Below are positions 12,891 through 24,189 of a DNA stretch of 64,000 nucleotides, in pieces. Each line of letters opens with the position of its first letter. The stretch's first letter is position 1. Under the pieces are notes generated by a model. The model was not told the DNA's origin, searched no databases, and was given only the letters and a program-made list of their open reading frames with translations. The DNA is from Octopus bimaculoides. Lineage: Eukaryota. Location of the stretch: the NCBI RefSeq assembly GCF_001194135.2, contig NC_068985.1, positions 759,175 to 823,174 on the forward strand, given 5' to 3'. A program made the position numbers and the translations under genes.

Positions 12891-14514
12891 GTACTTGTTC
12901 TCTATCCCTTATCAACCAAAACTATATTTCTTTCATTGGTTCTTAGCTTCTTCATCAGATTGACTTGGTTCTGGTTGTTATTTTGGACACAAAGGAAATT
13001 CAGACTCTCAGCAGAAGACTTTATTGTGAGGGTCACCAGAATCCAGCATACCTTCATGCTGGGATCTTTTCATTTTTTGTGCTGTCCCTGCTGGTTTTCC
13101 ACCTTTCCAGGCCTATCTTTTCTCTGTCACTGCCAGCATTAAGAAGGAACTGATGCCCAGAGCCTCTTTCTTCTTCATATTTTATCTCAATGATCCCCGG
13201 TGAAAGTCGTAGCAAAGATTCACTCTGGTTCTCCTTGAAGTTTCCTTCAAAAGGGCTGTTGAAGCTGTTGTAGCAGAAGCAGTAAGGGTCACCAGCTGTT
13301 TGCCTCTCCTTCTCTGATTTGTTTTTCTCTCTCTCTGGACTCTGGACTCTAATGTGCTTCTCACTCCTACATGTTCAGCCAGCAGGTTTTCTTCCCTGCA
13401 CCTCTATTCTAACCAATCTTTTCTCAGCTCCTGTTATGTAGTGTAATTCCATCATAGCCTAATGGACTTTGGGATGCTAAATACCAGGATATCTATCTGG
13501 ACCCCACTTGTCCACATGTTGTGATCATACACCAGCATACTACGACATCATCTTATAGGGCCACAAAGTGGATTAAAAATCAAGGGTCAGTAACTGTCAC
13601 CATGATCATGACTGTTGCATTGCTATGTTTCTTCTGTCCATGTTCTGTGACACCATTCTGTGAGAAGGCACATGGCACACGATCCCTATCTGCTTGCCTT
13701 CATGAATCATCCTCACTCTTATATAACAGCCAAATGCTTCCTTATGCCCTGTTCCTATTCAAGTAACATATCTCACTCAGCACCCAGGCCAGGGCTCTTG
13801 CAAATCCCCTTTTGAGGGCATATCAAAACTACATTGATTTTCTGGAAAATAGTGGTAATGCCACTTTTTATTCATCCTTGAAACCTCTTTGGGCAAGCAG
13901 TACCTCTTTCATAACTTTTATTTGAAACTGTCTCATGTCTATTTCAGATTTGTAATTCTCAGGTAAAGATGAAAGACTCTTTTTCCTGGAGCTGTTCTTA
14001 TTGTCATTTGAATTTGTTTTTCCACTACTTTTTGCTTGCATCCCTCTCAAATAATAACTATTTGTGCTTAAAATTTTGATTGTTCAAATATTATATTGTT
14101 TTTCTGTTTTTTATTAAAATCTGTCTTTGTGTTTACAAAATATAATGTTGGGGAACATTCACTCATATCACATAAATGGCCAGCACCATTTCTTAAAGAA
14201 GAGTTAAATATAGCAGAGATGGCTATATTTTAACTAAAACACAAAGTGAACATGAATGTTTGCAGAAATGATGCACACAATAAAATATCTCATGATTAAC
14301 TGTCTTTTCTACCCCAAGTAATGGAGTGTATTCTGGAAAATTCCAATATCTTTTGTTGCTGGCAAAAGAAGCAAAGAAATATTTTTTCCTTTGGAAAATC
14401 CTGAAAGAAATGATTGTTCAAATGGAGGATGGAAGCAGGTAACTCATTGGTGAACAACAGTAATAACAGTGAAAAGAAAATGAAAGATGATGATGTTGAT
14501 GATTCTTTCAAATT

Positions 14515-14700
14515 ACTGACTCAAGGCCAGTAATTTGAGGGGAGAGGACAGGGAGTTTACATCAACTCCAGTGCTTGACTGATTCTCTATTTTATTGATC
14601 CTGAAAGAGTGAAAGGTAAAGTTGAGCCTGTGGGGTTTTGAACTCAGAACCTAAAGAATTGGAAGAAATACCACAAGGAATTTTGTCTGATGCACCAAAC
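14515..14700 (-). mobile_element. Second abundant SINE-like family (core TTCTGAGTTCAAATTCC..GGTCGACTTTGCCTTTCATCC), reverse copy
   Basis: Reverse complement matches the forward copies at 24900-25090 and 57755-57975. Further decayed copies lie at about 8580-8760, 10360-10520, 43650-43880 and 59270-59400. Confidence 0.65.
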
Positions 14701-15195
14701 TCTCCAATCTGAAACTTTCCATCATTGATCTTTAAGCTGTGATTTTTGACTCGTTTTGTATATTTAATAATTATGATGACTTCTAAGAATGGACAATTTT
14801 AGGAGATGGAACTGTTAATTAAATTGATTGAAATTATCTTAATTTTAAATCAAAGCTAACTCTAGGTTTGATTTGAACTCAAAACCTAAAAAGAGCTACC
14901 AAAATATTGACATCATCGTCATCATTATCATCATCATCATCATCATCATCGTCGTCGTCGTCGTCATCACCAGCATCACCACTATCACCATCCTTTTCCT
15001 TTAAGCTTCGAGTTATCTTTTCTCATTTATTTCCTTTTTCCTCTTTCTCACTTTAATGTCTCTACACCTGTCCTTCCTTTTCTTATTCATTTAAAACTTA
15101 TTTTCTCTTTACTTTCTTCTTTACTCAGTTTTGTTTACCTTTGTTTTTATTTGTTTGTTAGTTTCTTTCTGATTATCCCTTGTTTAAGTTATTGG

Positions 15196-15410
15196 AGTGC
15201 TGCCAAGCTGGAGCACTGCCTTCAAGAATTTTAGTCAAATGGAATGATCCCACCCAGCACTTATCATTTCTTTTTAAAGCCTGATACTTATTCTATTGGT
15301 TTTCTTTTTGCTGAACTACTAAGTTGCAGGGATGTAAACACACCAACACTGGTTGTCAAGTGGTGGTGGAGTACAAACACAGATACAAAGACATACAGAC
15401 AGATAGACAC
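15196..15410 (-). mobile_element. 3' half of OR-like SINE (reverse), left boundary of the minisatellite array
   Basis: AGCTGGAGCACTGCCTT..ACTTATTCTATTGG..AAGTTGCAGGGATGTAAACACACCAACACTGGTTGTCAAG is the reverse complement of the 7190-7360 body. Confidence 0.75.
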
Positions 15411-15433
15411 TGGAAGGGGAAGAAGGGGACGAA

Positions 15434-16742
15434 TTACTTCCTAGAAAGTTCCGAGGGGGGGGATTTTTCCAAGAAAGTTCTGAGGAGGGGGATATTTCCT
15501 AGAAAGTTCCGAGGAGGGGGAGGAAATACTTCCTGGAAACTTCGAAGGAAGCGGAATAGGGGAGAAATTGCTTCCTGGAATGTTCTGAGGAGGGGCAAAA
15601 TAATTCCTGGAAAGTTCTGAGTGGCGAAATACTTCCTGGAAAGTTCTGAGTGGCGAAATACTTCCTGGAAAGTTCCAAGGAAGAGGAGAAGGGGAAGAAT
15701 TACTTCCCAGAAAGTTCCGAGGAGGAGGCAAATTACTTCATCGAAAGTTCCGAGGAGAGGGAGGAAGAGTTACGAGGTATTCCGGAAAAATCCGAAGATG
15801 AGCTACTTCCTGGAAAGTCGCGAGGATAAGCAACTTCCGAGCATGGGAATTCTTGGAAAGTTCCGAGGATGGTGTTTCCTAAAAAATTCCGAGGATGTTA
15901 CTCCATGGAAAGGTCCGAGGACGTAATACTTCCTTGAAAGTTCAGAGGATGGTACTTCGAGGAAAACTCTAGCTACTTCCTGGAAAGTTCCAGAGATGGA
16001 TCACTTAACAGGAAAGTTCCGAAGATGGGACTTCCTTGTAAGTTCCGAGGCATTCCGGGTATGTTCTGAGGTTCAGCTACTTCCTGGAAAGTTCCGATGA
16101 TGAGCTTCTTCCTGGAAAGTTCCGAGGATGGTGCTTCTTGGAAAGTTCCGGGACCTTCCTGGAAGGAGCCGAGGATGAACTACCTCCTGGAAAGTTCCGA
16201 GGATGGTATTTCTGGAATGTTCCGGGGATTGGTTTCTTCCTGGAAAGTTCCGAGGATGGGTCTTCCTGGAAAGTTCCAAGGCCTTCATCTGAAGGTCTGA
16301 GGATGAGACTTCTGGGAAAATTCCGATGACTTTCTGAAAAGTTCTGAGGATGAACTGGTGCCTGGAAAGGTCCGAGCATGGTACTTCCTGTAAAGTTCCG
16401 AGGATGAGCTATTTCCTGGGAAGTTGCCAGGATTTCTTGGAAATTCCCGGATAAGCTGCTTCCTGGAAAGGTCCGAGTGTTGTTCTTCCTGGAAAGTTCC
16501 GAGGTCTTCAAGGACAGTCCCGAGGATGCGAACTTCCTGGAAAGTTCTGGGAATGGTACTTCCTGGAAAGTTCTGTGGACTTCCCATGAAGTTCCAAAAA
16601 TGGGATTTCCTGGAAAATTTCGAGGATTTCCTCGAAAGTTCCGAGCATGAAATAATGCCTGGACAGTTCCGAGGAGGGAGAGGAATTAATTCCTGGAAAG
16701 TGCCGAGGAGGGGAGGAATTAATTCCTGGAAAGTTCCGAGGG
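15434..16742 (+). repeat. Minisatellite-like array of TTCCTGGAAAGTTCCGAGGA plus about 6-12 nt variable linkers (roughly 40-50 units, estimated by eye)
   Basis: The unit is directly visible. Linkers are G-rich at both ends of the array (GGGGAGGAA..TAC) and TG(G/A)(T/G)NNAC-type in the middle. Confidence 0.9.
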
Positions 16743-16756
16743 TGTTCGAATTATAT

Positions 16757-16938
16757 ATATGTATGTGTGTGTATATGTTTGTGTCTGTGTTTGTGTCCCC
16801 CAACATCGCTTGGCAATGTATTTAGGTCCCTGTAACTTAGTGGTTCGGCAATAAGTCCTGGGGTCGATTTGCTCGACTAAAGGCAGTGCTCTAGCATGGC
16901 CGCAGTCATATGACTGAAACAAGTAAAAGAGTCAAAGG

Positions 16939-16940
<2 letters not shown>
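16757..16940 (+). mobile_element. 3' half of OR-like SINE (forward), right boundary of the array
   Basis: GTGTCTGTGTTTGTGTCCCCCAACATCGCTTG..CTGTAACTTAGTGGTTCGGC..GTCCTGGGGTCGATTTGCTCGACTAAAGGCAGTGCTCTAGCATGGCCGCAGTC..TGACTGAAACAAGTAAAAGAG. Confidence 0.85.
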
Positions 16941-16974
<34 letters not shown>

Positions 16975-16993
16975 CGTATGTGTATTTCGTGTG

Positions 16994-17155
16994 CAAGATT
17001 CTTGATGTGGATACGTGTGTTGAAAGAAATACAATTAAACCTTGGGAGAGGCATTATGCCGGTAATAAACACACGCACTGGTTCAGTTCTTTATTAATTT
17101 AATTTATATAAATTAAATTTATTACCGGCATAATGCCTCTCCCAGGGTTTAATTG

Positions 17156-17158
<3 letters not shown>
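16994..17158. mobile_element. Foldback/MITE-like element with a 41-bp inverted repeat (17029-17069 / 17118-17158)
   Basis: ATACAATTAAACCTTGGGAGAGGCATTATGCCGGTAATAAA versus its reverse complement, with 1 mismatch and a 48-nt spacer. Confidence 0.7.
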
Positions 17159-17188
<30 letters not shown>

Positions 17189-17277
17189 ATATATATATAT
17201 GTATGTATGTATGTATACCTGACATTTTGCCGCCATCTCTGTCCTGCAGTAGGGCACCTGATTCTATCTTCATACCT

Positions 17278-17319
<42 letters not shown>

Positions 17320-17439
17320 CACCTGAGTAACCGTGTACTTCCTCTATAGCACGACACCTGTTTCTGTCTCTCTGTTTCACTATAACCTTTTCATCATCCA
17401 ACACAAGATCACCTCCTACCCTCTTGAAAGTTTCTGTTT

Positions 17440-17740
17440 TTTGTTTGTCTTACAAGTACTTGGTGACCCTGTCAGTGCAGGTGCCACTTAAAAGGCATCC
17501 AGTTCACACTGTAAAGTGGTTGGTATTTGGAAGGGTATCCAGTAGTAAAAACTTGCCAAAACTGATCTCACCTGTGCTTGTGCCATGTAAAAAACAGTAA
17601 ATCCACTTTGCTAAGCGGTTGGTGTTAGGAAGGGCATCCAGCTGTAAAAATCCTACCAAAGCACTTACAGAAGTCTGGTGCAGGCTTCTGCCTGGCCAAC
17701 TCTTGTGAAACTGAACGACGGTGATGATGATGATGATATA
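17440..17740 (+). mobile_element. RTE-tail SINE-like copy
   Basis: GGTTGGTGTTAGGAAGGGCATCCAGCTGTAAAAA...(GAT)n; the head motif is internally duplicated. Confidence 0.7.
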
Positions 17741-17784
17741 TATATAAATACATGCACATGAACACACACACACACACACACACT

Positions 17785-17915
17785 GGCTTCTTTCAGCTTC
17801 CATCTAACAAATCCACTCAGAAGACTTTAGCCAGCCTGAGTCAATAGCAGAAGTCCCATAAAATGGACTGAACCCTTAACCATGTGGTTGGGAAGCAAAC
17901 TTCTTACCACATAGC
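17785..17915 (-). mobile_element. 5' part of OR-like SINE (reverse)
   Basis: GGCTTCTTTCAGCTTCCATCTAACAAATCCACTC..GGACTGAACCC..CATGTGGTTGGGAAGCAAACTTCTTACCACATAGCC. Confidence 0.7.
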
Positions 17916-17952
17916 CACACCTACCAACATAGTTTTATTTATTTATATTTTG

Positions 17953-17954
<2 letters not shown>

Positions 17955-17983
<29 letters not shown>

Positions 17984-18061
17984 CTTCTTCTTCTTCTTCT
18001 TCTTCTTCTTCTTCTTCTTCTTCTTCTTCTTCTTCTTCTTCTTCTTCTTCTTCTTCTTCTT
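17955..18061. repeat. (CTT)n microsatellite
   Basis: About 35 perfect units, directly visible. Confidence 0.95.
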
Positions 18062-18861
18062 TTTGCTGTTGCGTTTGTTACACAAAATGGTTCAAATTAG
18101 ATTTTAATTAACTGCCAAACTTCCAAAATTTTTTAAATAATTGATAAAAGCAAAATATAATTTAATTACAATGTTTTGTTTAATCATGTTGATGATGATG
18201 AGGAGAAGGAGGAGAAAAGGCAGAGGAAAAAGAAAGAGGCTATGGAGAAAGTAAGGATGATAGTGATGACGATGATGATGTTGATGATGATAATGATGAT
18301 GAAGATGACGATGATGATGATGAGGAGGAGGAGGGGGAGGAGGAAGACAGGGTTGATGTGGAGGATAATGTTAACAACAACAATAACAAGCGTTATGATG
18401 ACATTGGTAATGAGGATGATGGCATTGCTCTGGTTTGTGATGATGATGATGACACTCGATACTCTTGATGCAAAGAGCTTGAAATAACCATAGCAACCTG
18501 GAATAAATCCTTATGGACATGAGACGACCAAGTGGATATCAACGGCGTTGGCATTACGAGGGTGGGCAGAAACATTCAGAGGCTGACTATGAAGCAGTGA
18601 TGGCAGAGCTGTAAAATCTTGCATGCATTAATTGCAACCCTTCTTATTAATAACACCTTTGTTTTTTCCAGGTGAATTGCCATCTGGCTGTTCAAAGAAG
18701 ACCTCAAACATAACTAGTAGAGACTTCTATTGAAAATGGACAAAGTTGTGGTATCATCAAGTACGTGGTGAGAACGAATACAGCAAATGAATAAACCCAG
18801 ATTGAAGTAAAAAATGAATGTAAAGAGAGGAAGAGAGAAACATGCATATGTGTATGTGTGT

Positions 18862-18910
<49 letters not shown>

Positions 18911-19002
18911 CAAACTAATACACTTGTTTGTTGTTCCTATGCCTGTCTTTGTCTTTTGCTTCCTGTAAATTTGAACCATATATATACATATACATATATA
19001 TA

Positions 19003-19339
19003 NNNNNNNNNNNNNNNNNNNNNNNNNNNNNNNNNNNNNNNNNNNNNNNNNNNNNNNNNNNNNNNNNNNNNNNNNNNNNNNNNNNNNNNNNNNNNNNNNN
19101 NNNNNNNNNNNNNNNNNNNNNNNNNNNNNNNNNNNNNNNNNNNNNNNNNNNNNNNNNNNNNNNNNNNNNNNNNNNNNNNNNNNNNNNNNNNNNNNNNNNN
19201 NNNNNNNNNNNNNNNNNNNNNNNNNNNNNNNNNNNNNNNNNNNNNNNNNNNNNNNNNNNNNNNNNNNNNNNNNNNNNNNNNNNNNNNNNNNNNNNNNNNN
19301 NNNNNNNNNNNNNNNNNNNNNNNNNNNNNNNNNNNNNNN
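19003..19339. other. Assembly gap (N); other gaps at 28352-29138, 31828-32452, 33451-33594, 43174-43183 and 45389-45412
   Basis: N runs, several flanked by (TA)n or (CT)n microsatellites. Confidence 0.99.
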
Positions 19340-19340
19340 T

Positions 19341-19401
<61 letters not shown>

Positions 19402-19743
19402 TATGCATATATACCTACACAGCATTGAAGCATAAATGTATAAGTGGATTAAGTAGATTAAAAAAAGTAGTCGATTATCAGCTTCCCTAATCCTGCATTG
19501 AGATCTATTGCAGATGTTTTAGGTGGGTTTCTGGGCAAGAAATTTATTTCAACATACTTCAAATTCTCCTGGCAATTGTAAACAGACACTGAAACATCTG
19601 AACATATTTTCAGTTTTGTTTTTATTTGAAGCCAGCAATAGGAAATCATTTGAAAGTACACTGTCTTTTCTTTTTCTTTAAGATCACATTAATCCTCTAA
19701 ACTATACGTATTTGTATATGTTTTCATTTTTGTATTTGGTTTG

Positions 19744-20183
19744 CCAGATTCTTGATGTGAATTCGTGTATTGAAACAAATCTTGATGTATCTTATGAAGG
19801 TCATTTACACCATTAATAATAACACAAGCACTGGTTCAATATCACTACGTTATTGTTAGTCAATTGACTAAATATCAAACCAACTAATTAATTGATTGCT
19901 TGTTTAATCTGCTGGTTAAACAATCAATCATTTGTTTGTGAGTCAAAACCCTTTCGTCTGACTCAGGGCAGACCTTGAAGAGAGAGAGAGAGAGAGAGAG
20001 AGGGAAAGCCACTGAGAAGGACTTTGACTCACAAACAACTGATTGATTGTTTAACCAGCACATTAAATAACGATTGATTAATTAGTTGGTTAGATATTCA
20101 ACCAATTGACTGATAATAAAGAAGTGATGCTAAACCAGTGCATGTGTTATTATTATTGGTGTGATGACCCTCCCAAGACACAC
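19744..20183. mobile_element. Foldback element, about 165-bp arms (19784-19952 / 20020-20183) around (GA)n; same family as 16994 and 51767
   Basis: Arms pair, e.g. CCAACTAATTAATTGATTG..GCTGGTTAAACAATCAATCA..TTGTTTGTGAGTCAAA / TTTGACTCACAAACAACTGATTGATTGTTTAACCAGC..GATTGATTAATTAGTTGG. It shares the head AGATTCTTGATGTG..GTGT.TTGAAA.AAAT with the other copies. Confidence 0.75.
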
Positions 20184-20795
20184 CAGTGTAATCGCTTATA
20201 ACCGATTCCCAAATAAGTCAATGGTAACCTGTGAGCTACTCATGAGATCACAAAGCAACTTAGTTTATTAGAGATAGCAATCAAATCTCTCAGATTACAC
20301 TCTGCTACCTGTAAAAGGTAAGATTATGCCAGTCATGAATGGGTCCTTCTGAAAATGGAAGAACACTTCAATTTACACAAGATACATTTGGAGGCTGCAG
20401 CAAGCATCAATGTTACATTTCCAGACAGTTTGACATATCCACAACATACAAGAATGCAATTTAAATGCCATCCTAGAACTCTTTGAGCTTCTACACAGTC
20501 CAGATAAAGATTACAAAAAAGAACCAAACAGTAGACGAAGAATCTTATTTTTCTTGAATCAAGTGAACCAATATATAATTGTTTGATTTGCTAAAACCAA
20601 AAGTCAAATCTCAGATTTTAGCCTATCATCTTAGAAATACACAAATATATGAGAAAAATAATACTGGAACATAACAGAAGACAGGATGGTCACGACTTCT
20701 ATACTTTTCAGCACAGGGAAACATTTTTATTGTCCACACCAGAAAAAAAAAAAAGAAAACCTATGACAAAATATATGCTATGAGAAAGGAGAGCT

Positions 20796-20871
20796 TGTCT
20801 GTCAAATGTGAAGGTGTCTGTCAAATGTGAAGGTGTCTGTCAAATGTGAAGGTGTCTGTCAAATGTGAAGG
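20796..20871. repeat. Tandem repeat, 4 x 19 nt (TGTCTGTCAAATGTGAAGG)
   Basis: Four identical copies visible. Confidence 0.95.
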
Positions 20872-21587
20872 TGGTTTAGTAACTGCGAATAAATATATAA
20901 ATGAATAAATAAAAAGATAAAAAAAGGAAAGAAAGAAAGAACACAGAAACTGGCTAATGTTATCATATTGGTAGATTGATGATCAATGAAGAGAATGACT
21001 TCAGTGATATTGTTTCTCAACAAGGGACACACATCCATCTTCAGAACCAGGGAATCACAACTGCTTTCACTTATTCTATATCTTCTGGATGTCTGAAGCT
21101 ATGGAAGTGGTGATATTTTATTGTCACAGATGTGTGGTAGCTCCACTGCTACCATGAAAGGTCCCCTGTTTCTAGGTCTAAGAAGTTTCTACCATCAGTA
21201 ATCAATGAAGACCCTCACTGATTATGCAGTATTTCAACAAAGAACAATCATGTCTTGTGAGGGAGGACAGAAAACGGAACCTGATCCTGCTTGTACTATA
21301 CCTTCTCTCTGCCTGAAAGTATGCAGGCAGCAGAGTATGCTAATGTGCAGAATACACCAGCCATCACAACAACACTATTTGACTCTTAATTCATAGTGTG
21401 TGTGCAACACAATGTTACTTGCACTCAATACAGATGCTAGATTAGCATAAAGTTTCTTTATTGTAAGCACATCAGATCTACTTTCTTGTTCTCACTCAGT
21501 TTTGGCCAGTGGCAAAATAACGTCAAGACAACTGAGTTTGTATGAGAACATGGGAGATTACTGAAGTATCTGAAAGAATCTACATAC

Positions 21588-21764
21588 CTTGCAATAGTAA
21601 CTTGGTGTGTGCCCAGGCCATGGAGCATAGTTTGAGATATTTACACTGCAACATAAATTGTAGTCCAACATAACAATATGTCGGCCCTTGTGCCAGTTAC
21701 CTCCGTTGACCTGCTGCTGCTGACTTTGAAACTGTGGAGATGAAGGATTAAGTATTTCTACCAT
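21588..21764 (-). CDS. Candidate first coding exon (exon 21588-21771), 59 aa, product unknown
   Basis: Acceptor GTTTCCATTTCATTCAG at 21772 and donor AAG|GTATGT (phase 0). Only one frame is open: MVEILNPSSPQFQSQQQQVNGGNWHKGRHIVMLDYNLCCSVNISNYAPWPGHTPSYYCK, with an in-frame TGA just upstream of the ATG. Confidence 0.4.
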
Positions 21765-23479
21765 GTTTCACCTGAATGAAATGGAAACATACCATTAAAC
21801 ATACCTACTTATATTTAATGTCCATTCATGTACATATATGGATGACCATTGATTTCCCTGAGTTCAACTGTCATTTGAGAAGTCCTGCTTTTCATTCAGC
21901 TTGGTGTCCAAAATTTACCCTAACCCTAACCAAGCCGGCTTGGTGGTGCAGCCACTTCTATTGTCACTGTCCTGACCATGCTACAAGCTGCACTGCATTA
22001 GATGTCACCAGTTGTGTTCTCAAGTGACCTTACTGTAGAAACAGATACATAACAATTGTTGTGCTTCACCTGAATTTACCTTTACGTGTCTCTGATTTGG
22101 CAATTAATTAAATAGACAAGAATTGATTGAACAGTAGAGAGAGAGTGCAACATACTTAAAGCTGTAACAGTGCACTCCATGCAGTAAATCACTGCATGTT
22201 AGAAGCCTGGGAATGTATTTAACAAGGCAGAGACCTGTTATCTCTATACTGGAGTACTAGACTTGTCAACTGCTCATAGTTATTTGACTATTTAGGGGCT
22301 ATGGAGGGGGGGGGTCTGTCTTCTCCAGTGAAAATGTAAATAATTAATTAACATTTCTAAATTTTCAATGATGATCTGTGGAATCCCAAAGCTTGTTGGT
22401 TCACAGGAAAACAAGAATATCACATGACACATTAATTTGGTAGAAACCTATTTGTCTTAAATAATTGAAAATACAGATGAAGCTGAAATTATTTCTGTAA
22501 ACGAATGAAACTCTTGCCTATTATTCAACTGTAATGTGTCTATTCACAGACAGGTTAACCATCTGAAAGTTAAATGCCATACAATTGATGGAATAGCAAC
22601 TGCTGCTAAATTTTGTCCTAATAATCACACATTTCATCAAATCAACCATGTAAATCTTTTTATGAGGATGACTAACATGGTCCTATGGAAATGTTTGCAA
22701 TGTAATATATAATGAGTAAACTTAACGAAGCACTCATTTAATTACATTTGATTACAGGTAGAATAATATACTATGTAATGAGGATAATTATAATTATAAC
22801 TTAACCATCAATTGTAAAACTATAATTTTAATTAATCTAGACAACTCAGAAAGTTCTTAATCAGAGAGGAGACTGTTTCTTGTTAATCCAATTGCTCATT
22901 GCTAAACCAATGAGATTATGGATTGACAATCTGGTTGGTGCTGTTAGAACTGTAAATCTAATCACCGATAAACTTGTCATTGGTACAGTTACATGATTTA
23001 ATCGTAATTATCAAATCTCCAATGCCAGATAACCATCATTGACTGACCAAACAGATGGCCAGTGGTGAAGCAGTAATTTTACAAATAGACCACAGCTTTA
23101 AATGTGTAAAGATAGATTAGATGAAAGCGTGGACAGTTATTTGTGACTTAATAAGTGTAGGGAGGAACAAGATGAAAGTTTAATTACTGGTATGTTTGGA
23201 TTAGTTTCAATGGCATCAATCACTAATAATTAAATTGGCTACTAGTCTAACTATAAACTACCAATATGCTCACTAATTAGATAGTTCCATGACATCAGGA
23301 ATGAGGACAACATAAGCCTGTCATTGTTAAATAACTAGAAAGGAAAAAGCAAACGAGGCAGTCAAAGCGATGTTGTTTCTAGAAGAATGAGTTTTAAGGA
23401 TTTATGCCAGGATGAACAAACCTAGAAGATGAGGTTTTGATTTCCTCTGCTCGTAAGATAGGAGTTAAATTTCAACGTA

Positions 23480-23575
23480 CCTTCTTCCTTCTGGTTCAAG
23501 GTAGATCACATTATTTCACATGGTTTCAATTTGCTTTCAAGAATCAGATCATCTTTGAATGTTCCTTGGCTTTTT
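23480..23575 (-). other. Candidate non-coding (5' UTR-like) exon upstream of the 21.7-kb exon
   Basis: Acceptor AATCTTCCCTCAG and donor GAAG|GTACGT; all three frames are closed. Boundaries approximate. Confidence 0.15.
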
Positions 23576-23620
23576 ATCTGAGGGAAGATTTGTTTCTTCT
23601 CTACTTTAACTTTTATACCC

Positions 23621-23774
23621 AGGCACAAGTGTGATTGAGTGGTAAGCTGCTTGCTTCCCAACCACATGGCTCCAGGTTCAGTCCCACTTCATGGCACATT
23701 GTGTAAGTGTCTCCTATTATAGCCTCAAATCAACCAAAGCCTTGTCAGTGGATTTGGAAACTGAAAGAATCCTG

Positions 23775-23808
<34 letters not shown>

Positions 23809-23875
23809 ACGCGTGTGGGTGTATGTGTTTGTCTCTACCACCACTTCACAACTGGTGTTGGTTTGTTTATATCAC
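23621..23875 (+). mobile_element. OR-like SINE, 5' two-thirds
   Basis: GAGTGGTAAGCTGCTTGCTTCCCAACCACATGGCTCCAGGTTCAGTCCCACTTCATGGCAC...(TG)n. Confidence 0.8.
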
Positions 23876-24189
23876 TATGGAATTCTATGTGGGATTAGTA
23901 ACAAGCAAGAGCGACGACATCCTTGGGGAAACTCTAGGCCTTGGGAGGGATGAATTAGCAGGGTTTTTTTGAAGGACTTTCGGGTCAGGGCCCATGGATA
24001 AATACCAGAAATCCCTGGCCTGGCAGTGCCACTGGAGAGCTCTGCTGGTTATTTGCTGAGTCCATTTCAGGCCTTGTGCCTTTTGTAGAAAGGATTATTA
24101 TCATCATGAGATTTTCTTTAAATTTTGTTTCCATTTCTTGCCAAGTGGCTTCTCGACACATAGGACAAAGAAGCTCACTCTATACATTC

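Noticed and set aside
14319-14438. 120-nt plus-strand exon with a protein-like frame WKIPISFVAGKRSKEIFFPLENPERNDCSNGGWKQ
   Set aside because: That frame begins with TAA right after the acceptor, and an equally good minus-strand acceptor overlaps it. Strand and frame cannot be resolved.
15434-16742. CRISPR-like appearance (constant 20-mer plus variable spacers)
   Set aside because: Spacers are only about 6-12 nt, are related to each other and vary gradually. The context is eukaryotic and there are no cas genes.
15434-16742. Array unit contains CCGAGGA...GAAA, resembling a multimeric hammerhead core
   Set aside because: There is no consistent stem II or stem I; the available pairing (AGGA/TCCT) sequesters the would-be core.
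15324-16825. Many overlapping 60-170 aa ORFs on both strands
   Set aside because: They are repetitive translations of the minisatellite (SWKVPR, GTFQE).
18490-18760. Short coding-like pieces (MDMRRPSGYQRRWHYEGG...; GELPSGCSKK...)
   Set aside because: Weak acceptors or in-frame stops, and no consistent exon chain.
19955-19980. CTGA-GTCAGAC-GAAA on the minus strand as a hammerhead
   Set aside because: The core is missing three nucleotides and has no UH site or stem I. At most it is a remnant.
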